Shown piece after piece: positions 1 to 10,144 of a stretch of 64,000 nucleotides of DNA. Each line of letters begins with the position of its first letter. Position 1 is the stretch's first letter. The notes under the pieces are model-generated. The model made no database searches. It was not told where the DNA came from and was given only the letters and a program-made list of their open reading frames with translations. Source of the DNA: Candidatus Heimdallarchaeum endolithica (GTDB lineage Archaea; Asgardarchaeota; Heimdallarchaeia; Heimdallarchaeales; Heimdallarchaeaceae); the NCBI GenBank assembly GCA_021513715.1, contig CP084167.1, positions 896,001 through 960,000 on the forward strand. The letters are read 5' to 3'. Made by a program: the position numbers and the translations under genes.

Positions 1-1
1 G

Positions 2-1117
2 AAAGTTGGAGTACATAAATTCTTCAGATTCGAAGGGCCTATTTTTGGAGATTGTGGAGCATGGGGGTACATAAATGAAAAGAACCCACCATTTGAAACA
101 AAAGACATGTTAAGCTATTATGAAACCCTTGGATTCAATATTGGTGTCTCAATTGACCATTTATGCATCCCACAAGTTAAATCAGAATGGTACTATAGAC
201 AAGAACTAACATTAAAAAATGCAGAACAATTTTTCAATCTCTACGAAAATGGAAACTATTCTTTTAAAGCTGTAGGAGCAGCACAAGGATGGGATTTAGA
301 ATCATATAGGTACGCAGTACAAGAGTTGTTAGATATAGGATACGATTTTATTGCATTAGGAGGGTTAGCAAGAGCACAAACAAGTGTAATTATTAAAATT
401 CTAAAAAATATTCAAGATTTAATTGAAGGTAAAAAAATAAAGATCCATCTATTTGGTGCTGCTAGATTAGATGGTTTACGTGCATTTAATAATTTAGGAG
501 TAACGAGTTTTGATTCAGCTTCTCCTCTCAGAAACGCATGGTTAGGTTCAAAAAAGAATTACAGAGGTTTAGATTGGAAAGGATATACTGCTATTCGTTT
601 ACCTTTTCTTTCAAGAACAAAGAAATACCAACAGTTAGTGGAAAAAGGTTTATTCTCAATAAAAGAATTAGAAGAATTTGAAAAATCCATCTATGCTCTT
701 TTAAGAAGATATGAAATAGAAAAAACTCGAAGTCCTGAAGAAATAATAGAAGCTTTTGAAATGCTCAACCAAACATTTACTTTAAGGGATGATCTAAAAG
801 AAGACTACAAAGAAACATTGAGTGAACGACCATGGGAAAAATGCCCATGTCCTGTTTGTAAAGAAGCTGGAATGGATGTTATTATCTTTAGAGGAAATAA
901 TAGGAACAGGAGAAGAGGTTTTCACAACACGTTTGTTTTTTATCAATTAATGCAAAAGATCCTTAAAGACACAAATTTTGAAGGTACCCCATATTTGAAG
1001 TTAGTACATGAAAAAGATTTTTCAATTCCAATTCAAAGACAAACAAAAAAAATAAAATCTAAAATTAATAAACAGACAAAAATTGAAAATTTCTTTGAAC
1101 AAATAGATGAGGAATGA
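2..1117 (+). CDS. dpdA: DpdA-like tRNA/DNA-guanine transglycosylase (TGT family), 5'-truncated by window edge
   Basis: Frame is open from base 2 (KVGVHKFFRFEGPIFGDCGAWGY...). Motifs GDCGAWGY, GVSIDH, AQGW, ALGGL, HLFG, SFDSAS and C-terminal Zn site RPWEKCPCPVC...FRGNNRNRRRGFHN are typical of DpdA. Confidence 0.8.
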   Translation, partial: KVGVHKFFRFEGPIFGDCGAWGYINEKNPPFETKDMLSYYETLGFNIGVSIDHLCIPQVKSEWYYRQELTLKNAEQFFNLYENGNYSFKAVGAAQGWDLESYRYAVQELLDIGYDFIALGGLARAQTSVIIKILKNIQDLIEGKKIKIHLFGAARLDGLRAFNNLGVTSFDSASPLRNAWLGSKKNYRGLDWKGYTAIRLPFLSRTKKYQQLVEKGLFSIKELEEFEKSIYALLRRYEIEKTRSPEEIIEAFEMLNQTFTLRDDLKEDYKETLSERPWEKCPCPVCKEAGMDVIIFRGNNRNRRRGFHNTFVFYQLMQKILKDTNFEGTPYLKLVHEKDFSIPIQRQTKKIKSKINKQTKIENFFEQIDEE

Positions 1118-1941
1118 TAATGAGTTCAGAGTTTGAGAAGATAGCTAGTAAAATAATGATACAAGTTGGGACAAAAAAAGAAGAAGCTTTAAGATGTCTC
1201 TATTATGAACCTAAAAAAGAAACAAAACAAACTATTGTTCTTATTCCAGGTTTTTTTTCGCTTCCAAGTGCTTGGGATGAACTATTAATGAATGCAAAAG
1301 AAGACTACAGGCTGTTTTTAATTGAGACTAGAGAAAAGCATACAGCAAAAATCAATAAAAAAAGTGACTTTTCTTTAGAACGTTTTGCTAATGATATTGC
1401 AGAAGCTATTGATTACCTTATGTTAAAAGATTATATTTTAGTTACAAGTAGTATGGGAGGAGCTTTTACCTTAACTGCTATGAAAAAAGGTTTAATCAAT
1501 CCTAAACATAGTTTTCTTGTTGGCCCTGTTCTAAAGGTAGAAATTCCTGATTGGTCTTGGCCTCTAGTCAGAATAACTAGTCCTTTCTTTTATCGTTTCA
1601 TGTTAAAACCTTCAATTAAAATCTATGTTAAGAGTAAGTTTGAGAGAGATCAAGCTGAAAAATACTGTGTTTCACTGGACAACCTGGAAATCAGAAGAGT
1701 TAGAAAAACAATGTTAACTCTCAAGAAATTTAGAATAACTGCTGAAGACCTTAACATCATAAATTCTCATTGTATCCTCATAGGTGCAGAAAAAGACAAA
1801 CTTCACCAATCTCAAATAACAAAATGGATTCATGAACAAATACCTAATTCAGACTATGTAGATTTAGGTTCAAATGTAGTAGCTCATGGAATTCCTCTAT
1901 TAGAGTTAATAGAAAAAACAATAGAAGAAGAAAAAAGTTAA
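1114..1941 (+). CDS. alpha/beta hydrolase
   Basis: IPGFFS oxyanion region, SSMGG nucleophile elbow, GAEKD acid, C-terminal His; 4-bp overlap with upstream stop. Confidence 0.75.
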   Translation: MIMSSEFEKIASKIMIQVGTKKEEALRCLYYEPKKETKQTIVLIPGFFSLPSAWDELLMNAKEDYRLFLIETREKHTAKINKKSDFSLERFANDIAEAIDYLMLKDYILVTSSMGGAFTLTAMKKGLINPKHSFLVGPVLKVEIPDWSWPLVRITSPFFYRFMLKPSIKIYVKSKFERDQAEKYCVSLDNLEIRRVRKTMLTLKKFRITAEDLNIINSHCILIGAEKDKLHQSQITKWIHEQIPNSDYVDLGSNVVAHGIPLLELIEKTIEEEKS

Positions 1942-2020
1942 CTCTTATTAAAAAGCCTAATTTGTTTTATAAGTACCCAACATACCAAAATTTAAAAATT
2001 CCTATTTTTTTAATTTAAGT

Positions 2021-3610
2021 ATGCAATTTCTCGCACCTTTTTCCATCAGGCATTCTAAGATATTGGACCAAGAAACGCTCAAACAACTTGAAAATGAATT
2101 AAACAAGACAAAAGGAAAAAATTTACTCGTTGAGTTTACACGAAATTTCTCTACGTTAATAGAAAAAAAAGAGAAAGAAAGAGAATTTACGAATCTTGCT
2201 TTAGATGTTTTTTTCTCTATTGAAGATTATGAAAAAATTTTGGAATACTCTTCCCCCCTTTACTCTGCTGAGTACTATTTTTATCGTGCATTAGCTTTCT
2301 ATAAACTTAATCAATTCAACAAGATTGCTAGTCTTAAACTACAGTTTGAGATGAAATTTGAAAGAGCACTAGATTTACCACGTAATAGATTAATACTTGC
2401 ATTTCTAGACCTTTTTATTACCCTCAAGGAGAACCCAGAGGAAATTGACCTTAAGTTAGAGGAAATAGGTGTGTTTTTAGATGGTCAAGATGAAGAATTT
2501 AAGAATAAATATTGGGTAATTATTGTATTTTCCTTCTATTCTGAATTATTGTTTAGAAGAGATCTTTTAAATAAAACTGAAGAAATTGCAAGAATGATTC
2601 TTTCCTACTCTCTTCAAAACCAAGACCCTTACTTACAAAGTAATGCATTAATTCTACTTTCTTCAATTTATATTAGAAAAGGAGAATTTAGAAAAGCAAA
2701 ACAAATGATTAAATCTTCCCTTGTTCCTGTAAATCAAACAGGAGAACTAACAAACAAAGCTAAAATTCTAAACAACCTTCTTCTTCTAGATTTAGCCAAA
2801 ATGGATTATTTCAAAGCAATAGACAGAATCTCAAAGATAAAAGACCTCAAAATAAATGATAACAAGAGAAAAGAGCTAGAGATACTAGAAATCAAGTTAA
2901 AAATACATTTGAACTCTGAGAATAATATAGATGAAAGAATTAAAGAAATAATTTCAGATTTAGAAAAAGAAGAGAAATACTATAAAGACATTATTCTCCT
3001 TAATTGTTGGTATAATATAAAGAAAGAGAACTATGAGGAAGCAAAAAAAAGCATAGATGAACATTTAAAACTTGCAGAAAATAATCTCTATTCATTATTA
3101 GAAAATCGATATTATTATGGATTATACCACAAAGAGGTAGAAGATTATGAACAAGCTTTTTCTGATTTTGAAGAAGTAATAGAACTAAGTAAAAAAGATT
3201 ACAAAATAGAATTGTTAGTAAAAAGCTTAATGCAATTCCTTTCTCTTGCATTTTCACAGAACAATGAAAAATATTCACTTTCTGATATCCTCCAAAAGGT
3301 AGAGACCTTGAAAGAAACTTCTGAAAAGCAATTTATTCCTAAATTACAAGTAGATGCTTTAATGATTAAAATGATTTTCATTCTTCTTAAATCAACAGAT
3401 ATTGATATTATGGAAGAATGGGACATTGCAATGAAAAAAACCCATCAGTTCAGATATATTGATCGCATTAAACAACTAAACATAATAAAAAACTACTCAA
3501 GAGAAAATGAAGAAGATAATAATGAAAAGCAACTTGGAGAGTTATTCAAAGAAATAATTGAACCCTACAATTGCTTCTTTTTTATTAAAAAGCCTAAAAA
3601 AGAAGAATAA
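2021..3610 (+). CDS. TPR/alpha-solenoid protein
   Basis: 529-aa ORF with TPR-like helices ([35 protein letters not shown]). Confidence 0.65.
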   Translation: MQFLAPFSIRHSKILDQETLKQLENELNKTKGKNLLVEFTRNFSTLIEKKEKEREFTNLALDVFFSIEDYEKILEYSSPLYSAEYYFYRALAFYKLNQFNKIASLKLQFEMKFERALDLPRNRLILAFLDLFITLKENPEEIDLKLEEIGVFLDGQDEEFKNKYWVIIVFSFYSELLFRRDLLNKTEEIARMILSYSLQNQDPYLQSNALILLSSIYIRKGEFRKAKQMIKSSLVPVNQTGELTNKAKILNNLLLLDLAKMDYFKAIDRISKIKDLKINDNKRKELEILEIKLKIHLNSENNIDERIKEIISDLEKEEKYYKDIILLNCWYNIKKENYEEAKKSIDEHLKLAENNLYSLLENRYYYGLYHKEVEDYEQAFSDFEEVIELSKKDYKIELLVKSLMQFLSLAFSQNNEKYSLSDILQKVETLKETSEKQFIPKLQVDALMIKMIFILLKSTDIDIMEEWDIAMKKTHQFRYIDRIKQLNIIKNYSRENEEDNNEKQLGELFKEIIEPYNCFFFIKKPKKEE

Positions 3611-3699
3611 TTCTATTTTCTTTGAATAAATATTTTGTAAATAAAAAAAAGTTAAATAGGAATAAACCAATTTTTTTTTACCATAAAAGAGGAATAAAA

Positions 3700-3867
3700 A
3701 TGGCACAAAAATGGATTTGCACTTTATGTGGTTATATTTACGACCCTGCAGAAGGAGACCCTGATGGAGGAATTGCTCCCGGAACAGCTTTCGAAGATAT
3801 TCCTGAAGACTGGGTTTGTCCTGAATGTGGAGCTGCAAAAGAAGATTTTGAACCCTACGAAGATTAA
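3700..3867 (+). CDS. rubredoxin
   Basis: [10 protein letters not shown]...WVCPECG; ATG at 3700 preceded by AAGAGGA. Confidence 0.95.
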   Translation: MAQKWICTLCGYIYDPAEGDPDGGIAPGTAFEDIPEDWVCPECGAAKEDFEPYED

Positions 3868-3889
3868 AATATTCTTTAATTGTTTTTTT

Positions 3890-5074
3890 TTACAATTTTC
3901 TATTTTTTCTTGATAATTGAACTATTTTTTTTATTATTACAAACTTTGTTTCGTTTAGTTTATTCTTAGTTATTTTCATTTTTTCTTGCTTGACTCTTAT
4001 TTGATTTGCAAATTCGTTTGAAATTAATAGCTCCTTTTGTTCACAAATTTTGCTATCTATCTTTGTTTTTATTATTCCAAATAATTGATTATATTTGTCA
4101 ATAATTTTTTCATAAATAGTTAATTTCGAAGAAAATTTCGATCTATATGTTTCTATTTTTTCAGCTTGTTTAATATTCATCGAAGTTAGATTGTTAATTG
4201 CTTCAGATAGAGCTTTTAGCTCATCTGCCGTAAAATTACTCTTAACAAAGTCTGAAATTATTGAAGTAATAGTGTTATCTAGTAGGTAATCTGTTTGTCT
4301 ATTATAATTAATGTCAATGGCTAATTTTCTTATAGTTGATTTCTTTCTTTTAGTTATATTTTCTTCTTTTTCTGTTGTTAAGTACTTTTCAACTAAACCT
4401 AGTTTTTCTTCCCACCATTCCTTAAAAGAAAGACCAGGAACATATTCTATTGCAAAGTTTAGAAAAATTGTCCCTTTAGCTAAAACAGTTGCACCTATAG
4501 GTTCTTTGAATATGGGTTTAGTCGTTTTTTTACCTACAAAATCATAAGTACTGAAAGAATGAAAATTAGAAGGAAGATCTTTCACTTTCCCAAAAAAAAC
4601 AATTTCCTGTCCAAGATTAGCTATGTCTTTAAGATTACCTAAACTTACTAAGTAATCTTTTCCTAACGAAAGATAAACAAGATCATATGTTTTTTTTGAT
4701 AAGTGTCTAATAGATTCAGGGATAGCTAATTTTTCAGCCCTTTCTTTTATCGCTTTTTTTGACAAACCAGAAAATGAGCATTCATAGGGAGGAAGAAGCT
4801 CATTCTCACTAACTAACCCAAAACCTGCAGATATTATGTAATAATCCACTTCAGCTTTTGATGAAAGAACATTAACAGCTTTTTTTATAGCAACAGCTTG
4901 TCCGCCAGTGTATAATTCCCCAGCTTCTGTCAATAAGGATGAGAATTTCTCTTTAACTCTTTCTCTTTGATCTTTTGTTTCTAAATCCTTGCATGTAGGC
5001 TGTTCTTCATGATGTATAGATTTCTTCTTTCCACAAGAGTTAATTACAAGTATTGAAGGTTTCAGAAATCTCAC
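3890..5074 (-). CDS. DUF6884/YaaA-like protein with C-terminal coiled coil
   Basis: ILVINSCGKKK...AGELYTG...YIISAGFGLV...PPYECSF...LSLGKDY pattern; K/E-rich helical C-terminus. Confidence 0.6.
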   Translation of the reverse strand: MRFLKPSILVINSCGKKKSIHHEEQPTCKDLETKDQRERVKEKFSSLLTEAGELYTGGQAVAIKKAVNVLSSKAEVDYYIISAGFGLVSENELLPPYECSFSGLSKKAIKERAEKLAIPESIRHLSKKTYDLVYLSLGKDYLVSLGNLKDIANLGQEIVFFGKVKDLPSNFHSFSTYDFVGKKTTKPIFKEPIGATVLAKGTIFLNFAIEYVPGLSFKEWWEEKLGLVEKYLTTEKEENITKRKKSTIRKLAIDINYNRQTDYLLDNTITSIISDFVKSNFTADELKALSEAINNLTSMNIKQAEKIETYRSKFSSKLTIYEKIIDKYNQLFGIIKTKIDSKICEQKELLISNEFANQIRVKQEKMKITKNKLNETKFVIIKKIVQLSRKNRKL

Positions 5075-5080
5075 CTAAAA

Positions 5081-5497
5081 TTATTCATTTTCCTTTTTTG
5101 CTAAATAACGGTTATAAAACCTTTTAATTTTCTTTTTCTCGGAATCTATATCAATAGTTTCACTTTTTCCTTTCTTCATCGTTGTTTTGTTTAGATTACT
5201 TTGGATTTTACTTAATTTTAATGCGAGCATTGAGTTTCTTCTAAAAAGTTCACTATTTTCGAAAAATAAAACCCCATAAGCTTTCCTAAGCTTACTATAT
5301 TCTATTGTTATTTCATTATATCTTTCTCTTAATTTCTCAAGATTTTTAAGTAAATTAACTTCATCAATACTCAAATCTTCTTGTTTAAATTTCAAAAAAT
5401 CATAATAGTTAAGCAATTTATTAATAATCTCATCATTATATTCTGTAATATCTTCAAAAATTGCAGGTATTTTCACATTTGTAATCATTTTCTTCAA
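5081..5497 (-). CDS. hypothetical coiled-coil protein
   Basis: 138-aa ORF with heptad pattern; operonic with neighbours. Confidence 0.6.
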   Translation of the reverse strand: MKKMITNVKIPAIFEDITEYNDEIINKLLNYYDFLKFKQEDLSIDEVNLLKNLEKLRERYNEITIEYSKLRKAYGVLFFENSELFRRNSMLALKLSKIQSNLNKTTMKKGKSETIDIDSEKKKIKRFYNRYLAKKENE

Positions 5498-5850
5498 AAA
5501 CTATCACCTTTTAAAATATCATAAAGTTTCTTTTCAAGTTCTGTAATAATCTTATAATCTTCATTATATTCCTTTTTCATTTGTTTTTCTTCTTCTATAC
5601 TTTTTCTCAATTTTTCAATTTCCTTTTCTCTTTCAGGGATTTTCTCTAAAAGAGCTTTATATTCTAAGATATACTCAACGAATGCCCAAGATAGTTTCTT
5701 TTTCTTATTATATTCAACAAGAAACTTGAAAAACGAGTTTATTTTTTCAATTATTGTTTCAGATTCTTCTTTTCGTTCTTCAGCAATTCTAGCGATTTTC
5801 CTCTGAATTTTAGGTGAAAGAGGGATCTTTACTTTTTCCTGTTTTTTCAT
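5494..5850 (-). CDS. hypothetical protein, possible N-terminal ribbon-helix-helix plus coiled coil
   Basis: VKIPLSPKIQRKIARIAEE strand-helix pattern; 4-bp overlap with next gene. Confidence 0.55.
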   Translation of the reverse strand: MKKQEKVKIPLSPKIQRKIARIAEERKEESETIIEKINSFFKFLVEYNKKKKLSWAFVEYILEYKALLEKIPEREKEIEKLRKSIEEEKQMKKEYNEDYKIITELEKKLYDILKGDSF

Positions 5851-5993
5851 TTACAAAACTTTTTTCAGATTGTTGTTTTAAAAGTTTATTAATTAAAACT
5901 CAAAATCAAATTTTTCAAAATATTTTTTCCTTTTTGCTTTCCTTAAATTTACAAATCAAATAACTTTAATAACTTTGTATTTAACTTAAATTT

Positions 5994-6329
5994 ATGGAAG
6001 AAATAAGTGTAAAAGAGTATTTAGAAAAGTCAGGGCAGCTACTTGAAAAATATAGGTTTAACATTGAAAATCTTCGACATCAGAGAAAACAAATAGAGGA
6101 TAAGTTTTTCCTTCCTAATGAAATGGTTGACTTCTTTCATACAAATAAAAGTGAATATAAAGTGTGGTCTAAAATTCAAGATATGATACTTACATTAGAA
6201 GATGCTTATGCAGACTTAGTTGGAAGTATGATGGAAGCAAAAGCCAATCCTGAAAATTATAACTTCTATTTAGAAGATAAACGTATCACAATAATGCAAT
6301 TAAAAGAAACTGAAGAAGATGAAAGTTAG
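5994..6329 (+). CDS. hypothetical helical protein
   Basis: 111-aa ORF with host-like composition. Confidence 0.6.
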   Translation: MEEISVKEYLEKSGQLLEKYRFNIENLRHQRKQIEDKFFLPNEMVDFFHTNKSEYKVWSKIQDMILTLEDAYADLVGSMMEAKANPENYNFYLEDKRITIMQLKETEEDES

Positions 6330-6424
6330 ATTAATTTGAAAAAAAGAATTTAAATTATCAATTCTGATAAAAATTTACTCTTTTTCTAACAAGATTTATT
6401 TAGGATGTTAAATTAATTATATAT

Positions 6425-8011
6425 TTGATGAGATTTATTCTATTTTCTGATACCCACATTGGTGGAAGATATGATGAAATGATATTAATGAAAGGTATAG
6501 ATTTTATCAATAGTGTTGATGGAGATATCTTTATTCATTGTGGAGATTTAACTGGATCTGGAACTTTAGCTGAATATGAAATTGCTAGACTTTATTTAGA
6601 AAAGATCAAGAAAAAACCATTTTTTATTGTTCCAGGAAATCACGATTGTAAAAATGTAGGAGACCTGCTTTTTGAAGAAATAGTTGGAGACCGTTTTTGG
6701 GTAAAGACATTGGAAAATAAGAAAACAAAGATTCTAGGTCTTGATTCTACTGAACCAGATGCAAATACTGGAAGAATGGGTCCAAAGTCAATAAAGAGGA
6801 TTTACGAAGAATTTGAAGATTTACCAGAATATTGGTTAAAAGTTCTTGTTTTTCATCACCAGACTTTGCCAATTCCCTACACTGGGAGAGAAAGAAGTGC
6901 AATTAAAGATGCAGGAGATGTTGTAAAAGCTATTCTAGATTGTAATATTCATCTTGTTTTTAATGGTCACAGACATATTTCTAATGTTTATAAAATGTCT
7001 GACGGAGTAGTAAACGCTTGGATTATTAACGTAGGAACACTCTCATGTAAAAAAACACGATATAGAGAAGAATATAGCTTAACTGTCGTAGATGCTTCTT
7101 TAAAGAAAAACAATTTGGCTATTCGTAGTATACTACTTAAAAAAGAACCAGTCAGAGAAGTTGTAAAATATTCTGGAAAATTCCAACGTTTTATTGCTCC
7201 TATGAATAAGAAACATCTAGCTACAATAATCCAAATAGGAAACACGGCTTTTTCTAATTCTAGGTTTAGGATGGATAATTTCTACAAAGGTATCGAAACA
7301 ATAAATCTAATCCCTTGTGATGTAGTTGTTCACTGCGGAGAGGTTACAGGTGCTTCTTATGTTAACGAATTCCAAAGAGCAAAAGCATTATTATCTCAAA
7401 TAGAAAAACCTCTTATTGTTGTTCCTGGGGATAATGACGCATTTCCACTCGGTTGGGATTTATTTCCTGAGTACATAGGAGATCCCAACCCCTATTTCGA
7501 AAATGAAAAATTGATTGTTAAAGGATTCAATACTTGTTTAATAGATGAACAAGAAGGAAGACTTGGAAGGGGAAACACAAAAGAGATGATAAGAACTTTT
7601 GAAAATAAATCCAAAATTGGTGTAGTAACTTTTCATCATTCTATTATACCTTTACCTCATTCTAAACATGATGCAGAACTTATTGATTCTGGTGATGTTC
7701 TTTCTGCAATTGTAAATCACAGGATTAATCTAGTTTTAACAGGAGCTAAAAATAGGAGCGGTTGTTGGCAAGTTAACGACACTGTATTCGTAAACGCTGG
7801 AACGCTCAGTTCTGAAAATATAACCACAAGATATGGTAATAGTTTTAACATAATCACTATTAGTCAAACAGACAAAGGAAAACTTTACGAAATAGATGAA
7901 TATTTCATTGAAACAAACCAAAGAAAAACAATTGGAGTTTTCCATATCTCAGATAAAGCTCTACCTATTCGTATTCCGGATAGAAGCGTCCCCAACACAA
8001 TTCACTTATGA
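6425..8011 (+). CDS. two-domain calcineurin-like (Icc/CpdA-type) metallophosphoesterase, second domain degenerate
   Basis: Domain 1: SDTH, GDLT, PGNHD, HH, GHRH. Domain 2: GNTA, GEVT, PGDND, HH, GAKN. Confidence 0.85.
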   Translation: MMRFILFSDTHIGGRYDEMILMKGIDFINSVDGDIFIHCGDLTGSGTLAEYEIARLYLEKIKKKPFFIVPGNHDCKNVGDLLFEEIVGDRFWVKTLENKKTKILGLDSTEPDANTGRMGPKSIKRIYEEFEDLPEYWLKVLVFHHQTLPIPYTGRERSAIKDAGDVVKAILDCNIHLVFNGHRHISNVYKMSDGVVNAWIINVGTLSCKKTRYREEYSLTVVDASLKKNNLAIRSILLKKEPVREVVKYSGKFQRFIAPMNKKHLATIIQIGNTAFSNSRFRMDNFYKGIETINLIPCDVVVHCGEVTGASYVNEFQRAKALLSQIEKPLIVVPGDNDAFPLGWDLFPEYIGDPNPYFENEKLIVKGFNTCLIDEQEGRLGRGNTKEMIRTFENKSKIGVVTFHHSIIPLPHSKHDAELIDSGDVLSAIVNHRINLVLTGAKNRSGCWQVNDTVFVNAGTLSSENITTRYGNSFNIITISQTDKGKLYEIDEYFIETNQRKTIGVFHISDKALPIRIPDRSVPNTIHL

Positions 8012-8089
8012 TTTCTTTTAGATAAAATATTAATTATATAAACAAAGATTGTAAAAAAATTTAAATCTAAAAAATGGAGTGTACACCTT

Positions 8090-9373
8090 ATGCACAAAGA
8101 GGTTAAAAATTCAAAAAACGTTTCTTTTCCAGTTGTGCTAAAAAATATAGATGAAAAAATGGAAAAATGGCTGAAAGAGGCACAGAAACGAATATTTAGT
8201 ATTGCGGCAGGAGATAGAGTTTCATTCATAGCTTCTGCTATCGTGCAAGTAGGTTTTGGCAAAATCCTCTATGCTGCAAATGAACTTGGGGTTGATATTG
8301 AAAAAAGTAAACCGTACATCTTTTTTGCACCTGACGGGACTTGTTCATACAATGAAATTAGAATAAAAAGGGGTTTTACCTATGGTTGCATCTTTAAAGC
8401 TGATTTTGAGGGTCTAATTGGCACAAATAATTCAATGCCAAACGGGTGTGGTTATAGCCTGTATGAACTTAAAGATTGGAACGATGATGAAACGCTAATT
8501 AGAACTTTAAATAGGATAAAACAAAATATAACAGAAGAACAAGCAAAAGAACTAGGAAAAGGCAATCATTTTATTGCTGTTTACAGAGTTTTAGATGCCA
8601 TCTCAGGGGAGGATACTGAAAGAAGAATGGTTTTGCTTCATTGTAGTGGACATGATTTAAGCAAAAAACCACTTTATTTCTTCGACTGGTTGGAAGAAAC
8701 AGATGGATGTCATAAAGTTAAGACACCACATGGAGATATTTACCTTTTAGAAAGTGAAGCTAAAAAGAGATACATCAAAGAGTTTGAAAAACTAGACAAA
8801 TATAATAAAGAAGCTAGAGTTACTGTCATGAAAGAATTGTTCAAAAATTCTTCTTATGAATTAGTATCAAGTATTACTCACCAAGGATTGTATAACAATG
8901 GTTCTTACCACTTTTTGGGTATACAAAAAAGCGAAAAACTTATTCCAATCGCTTTCAATGCTGAGGAAGGAGGAATAGCTGTAAAAACTAAGAAGAATTT
9001 GTCCAAACAGTTTATAGATCAATGGGAACAAGGAACAAGAGTAAAGGAGTTAGGATATGAAAAAGAGTTTAGAGAACTTAACTTCACCCCACATGGAGGA
9101 GGATATGAATTCAAGTATCCAATCAAAAAATTTGTTATGTTCCTAAATGAACAAGGTTTAGACCACTTTTCAGTAGAGCTAAAGAAACCAAAAGAACCAA
9201 GTATTAAACTAATAGCTTCTTATTTTAAACCGATTAGAGAATACATGACATACAGAAGAAAATTGCCTGTTATGAAAGAAGTGTTTAAAGCCGAACTTGC
9301 AGAACATATCTACGATCTAAATCCGTTTATGCAGTTACATCCTAAAGTCAGTATACCAGGAGGACATTACTAA
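8090..9373 (+). CDS. divergent RtcB-family RNA ligase-like protein
   Basis: Ordered motifs APDG, PNGCG, LGKGNHF, LHCSG, THQ, PHGGG parallel RtcB MPD, DINCG, GSGNHF, HTGS, HN, HGAG. Confidence 0.6.
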   Translation: MHKEVKNSKNVSFPVVLKNIDEKMEKWLKEAQKRIFSIAAGDRVSFIASAIVQVGFGKILYAANELGVDIEKSKPYIFFAPDGTCSYNEIRIKRGFTYGCIFKADFEGLIGTNNSMPNGCGYSLYELKDWNDDETLIRTLNRIKQNITEEQAKELGKGNHFIAVYRVLDAISGEDTERRMVLLHCSGHDLSKKPLYFFDWLEETDGCHKVKTPHGDIYLLESEAKKRYIKEFEKLDKYNKEARVTVMKELFKNSSYELVSSITHQGLYNNGSYHFLGIQKSEKLIPIAFNAEEGGIAVKTKKNLSKQFIDQWEQGTRVKELGYEKEFRELNFTPHGGGYEFKYPIKKFVMFLNEQGLDHFSVELKKPKEPSIKLIASYFKPIREYMTYRRKLPVMKEVFKAELAEHIYDLNPFMQLHPKVSIPGGHY

Positions 9374-9397
9374 ACAATATTTTTTCAAAGTGATTGC

Positions 9398-10141
9398 ATG
9401 AATATTAATCCTTATATCATAGCCCATCGGGGTTTTTCTGGTAAATACCCTGAAAATACTATTCTAGCGATTAACAATTCAATTGGAAAAGCGGATATTG
9501 TTGAATTTGATGTTCAGATTACAAAAGATAAATATGTAGTACTATTTCATGATGAAACAACAAAGAGGATTTTTCCTGAGAGTAGAGAAAAGAGGATTCA
9601 AGAAATACAATATCATGAACTAGAAAAATTAAATGCTAGTAATTGGTTTTCATCAAAGATAGAAAAACAGATTATTCCAAAGCTTGAAGACGTAATAAAA
9701 AAAATAAATAACAAGATTTCAATCATAATCGAACTAAAAAATAAAGGTGAAAAAGAAGAGAAAGTAGAACTAGCTACTAAAGTGATAAATATTTTGGATG
9801 ATAACAAAGTCTCTCTAAAAAAAGGATATCTGTCAGTACGAGATGTAGAAATGCTTAAAATTATTCACTCTCTTTCTTCTAAATATAAAATAGGTTTAAT
9901 GCAGAAAAATAGAAAACCAGAAGAGTTTATAGAACTAGTTGAAAAAAATAACATTGAATTTGCACAAATTAGATGGAAAAATTGGTCTGAAAGTAATTGG
10001 CAAGATCTCTTATCCCTTAAAACCAAAGTCACTGCTTTTTATGCAGATGAAGAAGAGGAATATAATTTTTTAATTAAAAAGCAAGTTTATGGTATTTTTA
10101 CTAACTTTCCTGATAGGTTAAGAAAAAAATTATATGAGTAA
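9398..10141 (+). CDS. glycerophosphodiester phosphodiesterase
   Basis: IAHRG, PENT, EFDVQ, HD, IELK, FTNFP. Confidence 0.9.
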   Translation: MNINPYIIAHRGFSGKYPENTILAINNSIGKADIVEFDVQITKDKYVVLFHDETTKRIFPESREKRIQEIQYHELEKLNASNWFSSKIEKQIIPKLEDVIKKINNKISIIIELKNKGEKEEKVELATKVINILDDNKVSLKKGYLSVRDVEMLKIIHSLSSKYKIGLMQKNRKPEEFIELVEKNNIEFAQIRWKNWSESNWQDLLSLKTKVTAFYADEEEEYNFLIKKQVYGIFTNFPDRLRKKLYE

Positions 10142-10144
10142 TTT

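Noticed and set aside
3622-3699. N-terminal extension of rubredoxin
   Set aside because: AT-rich intergenic sequence; a better start with RBS lies at 3700
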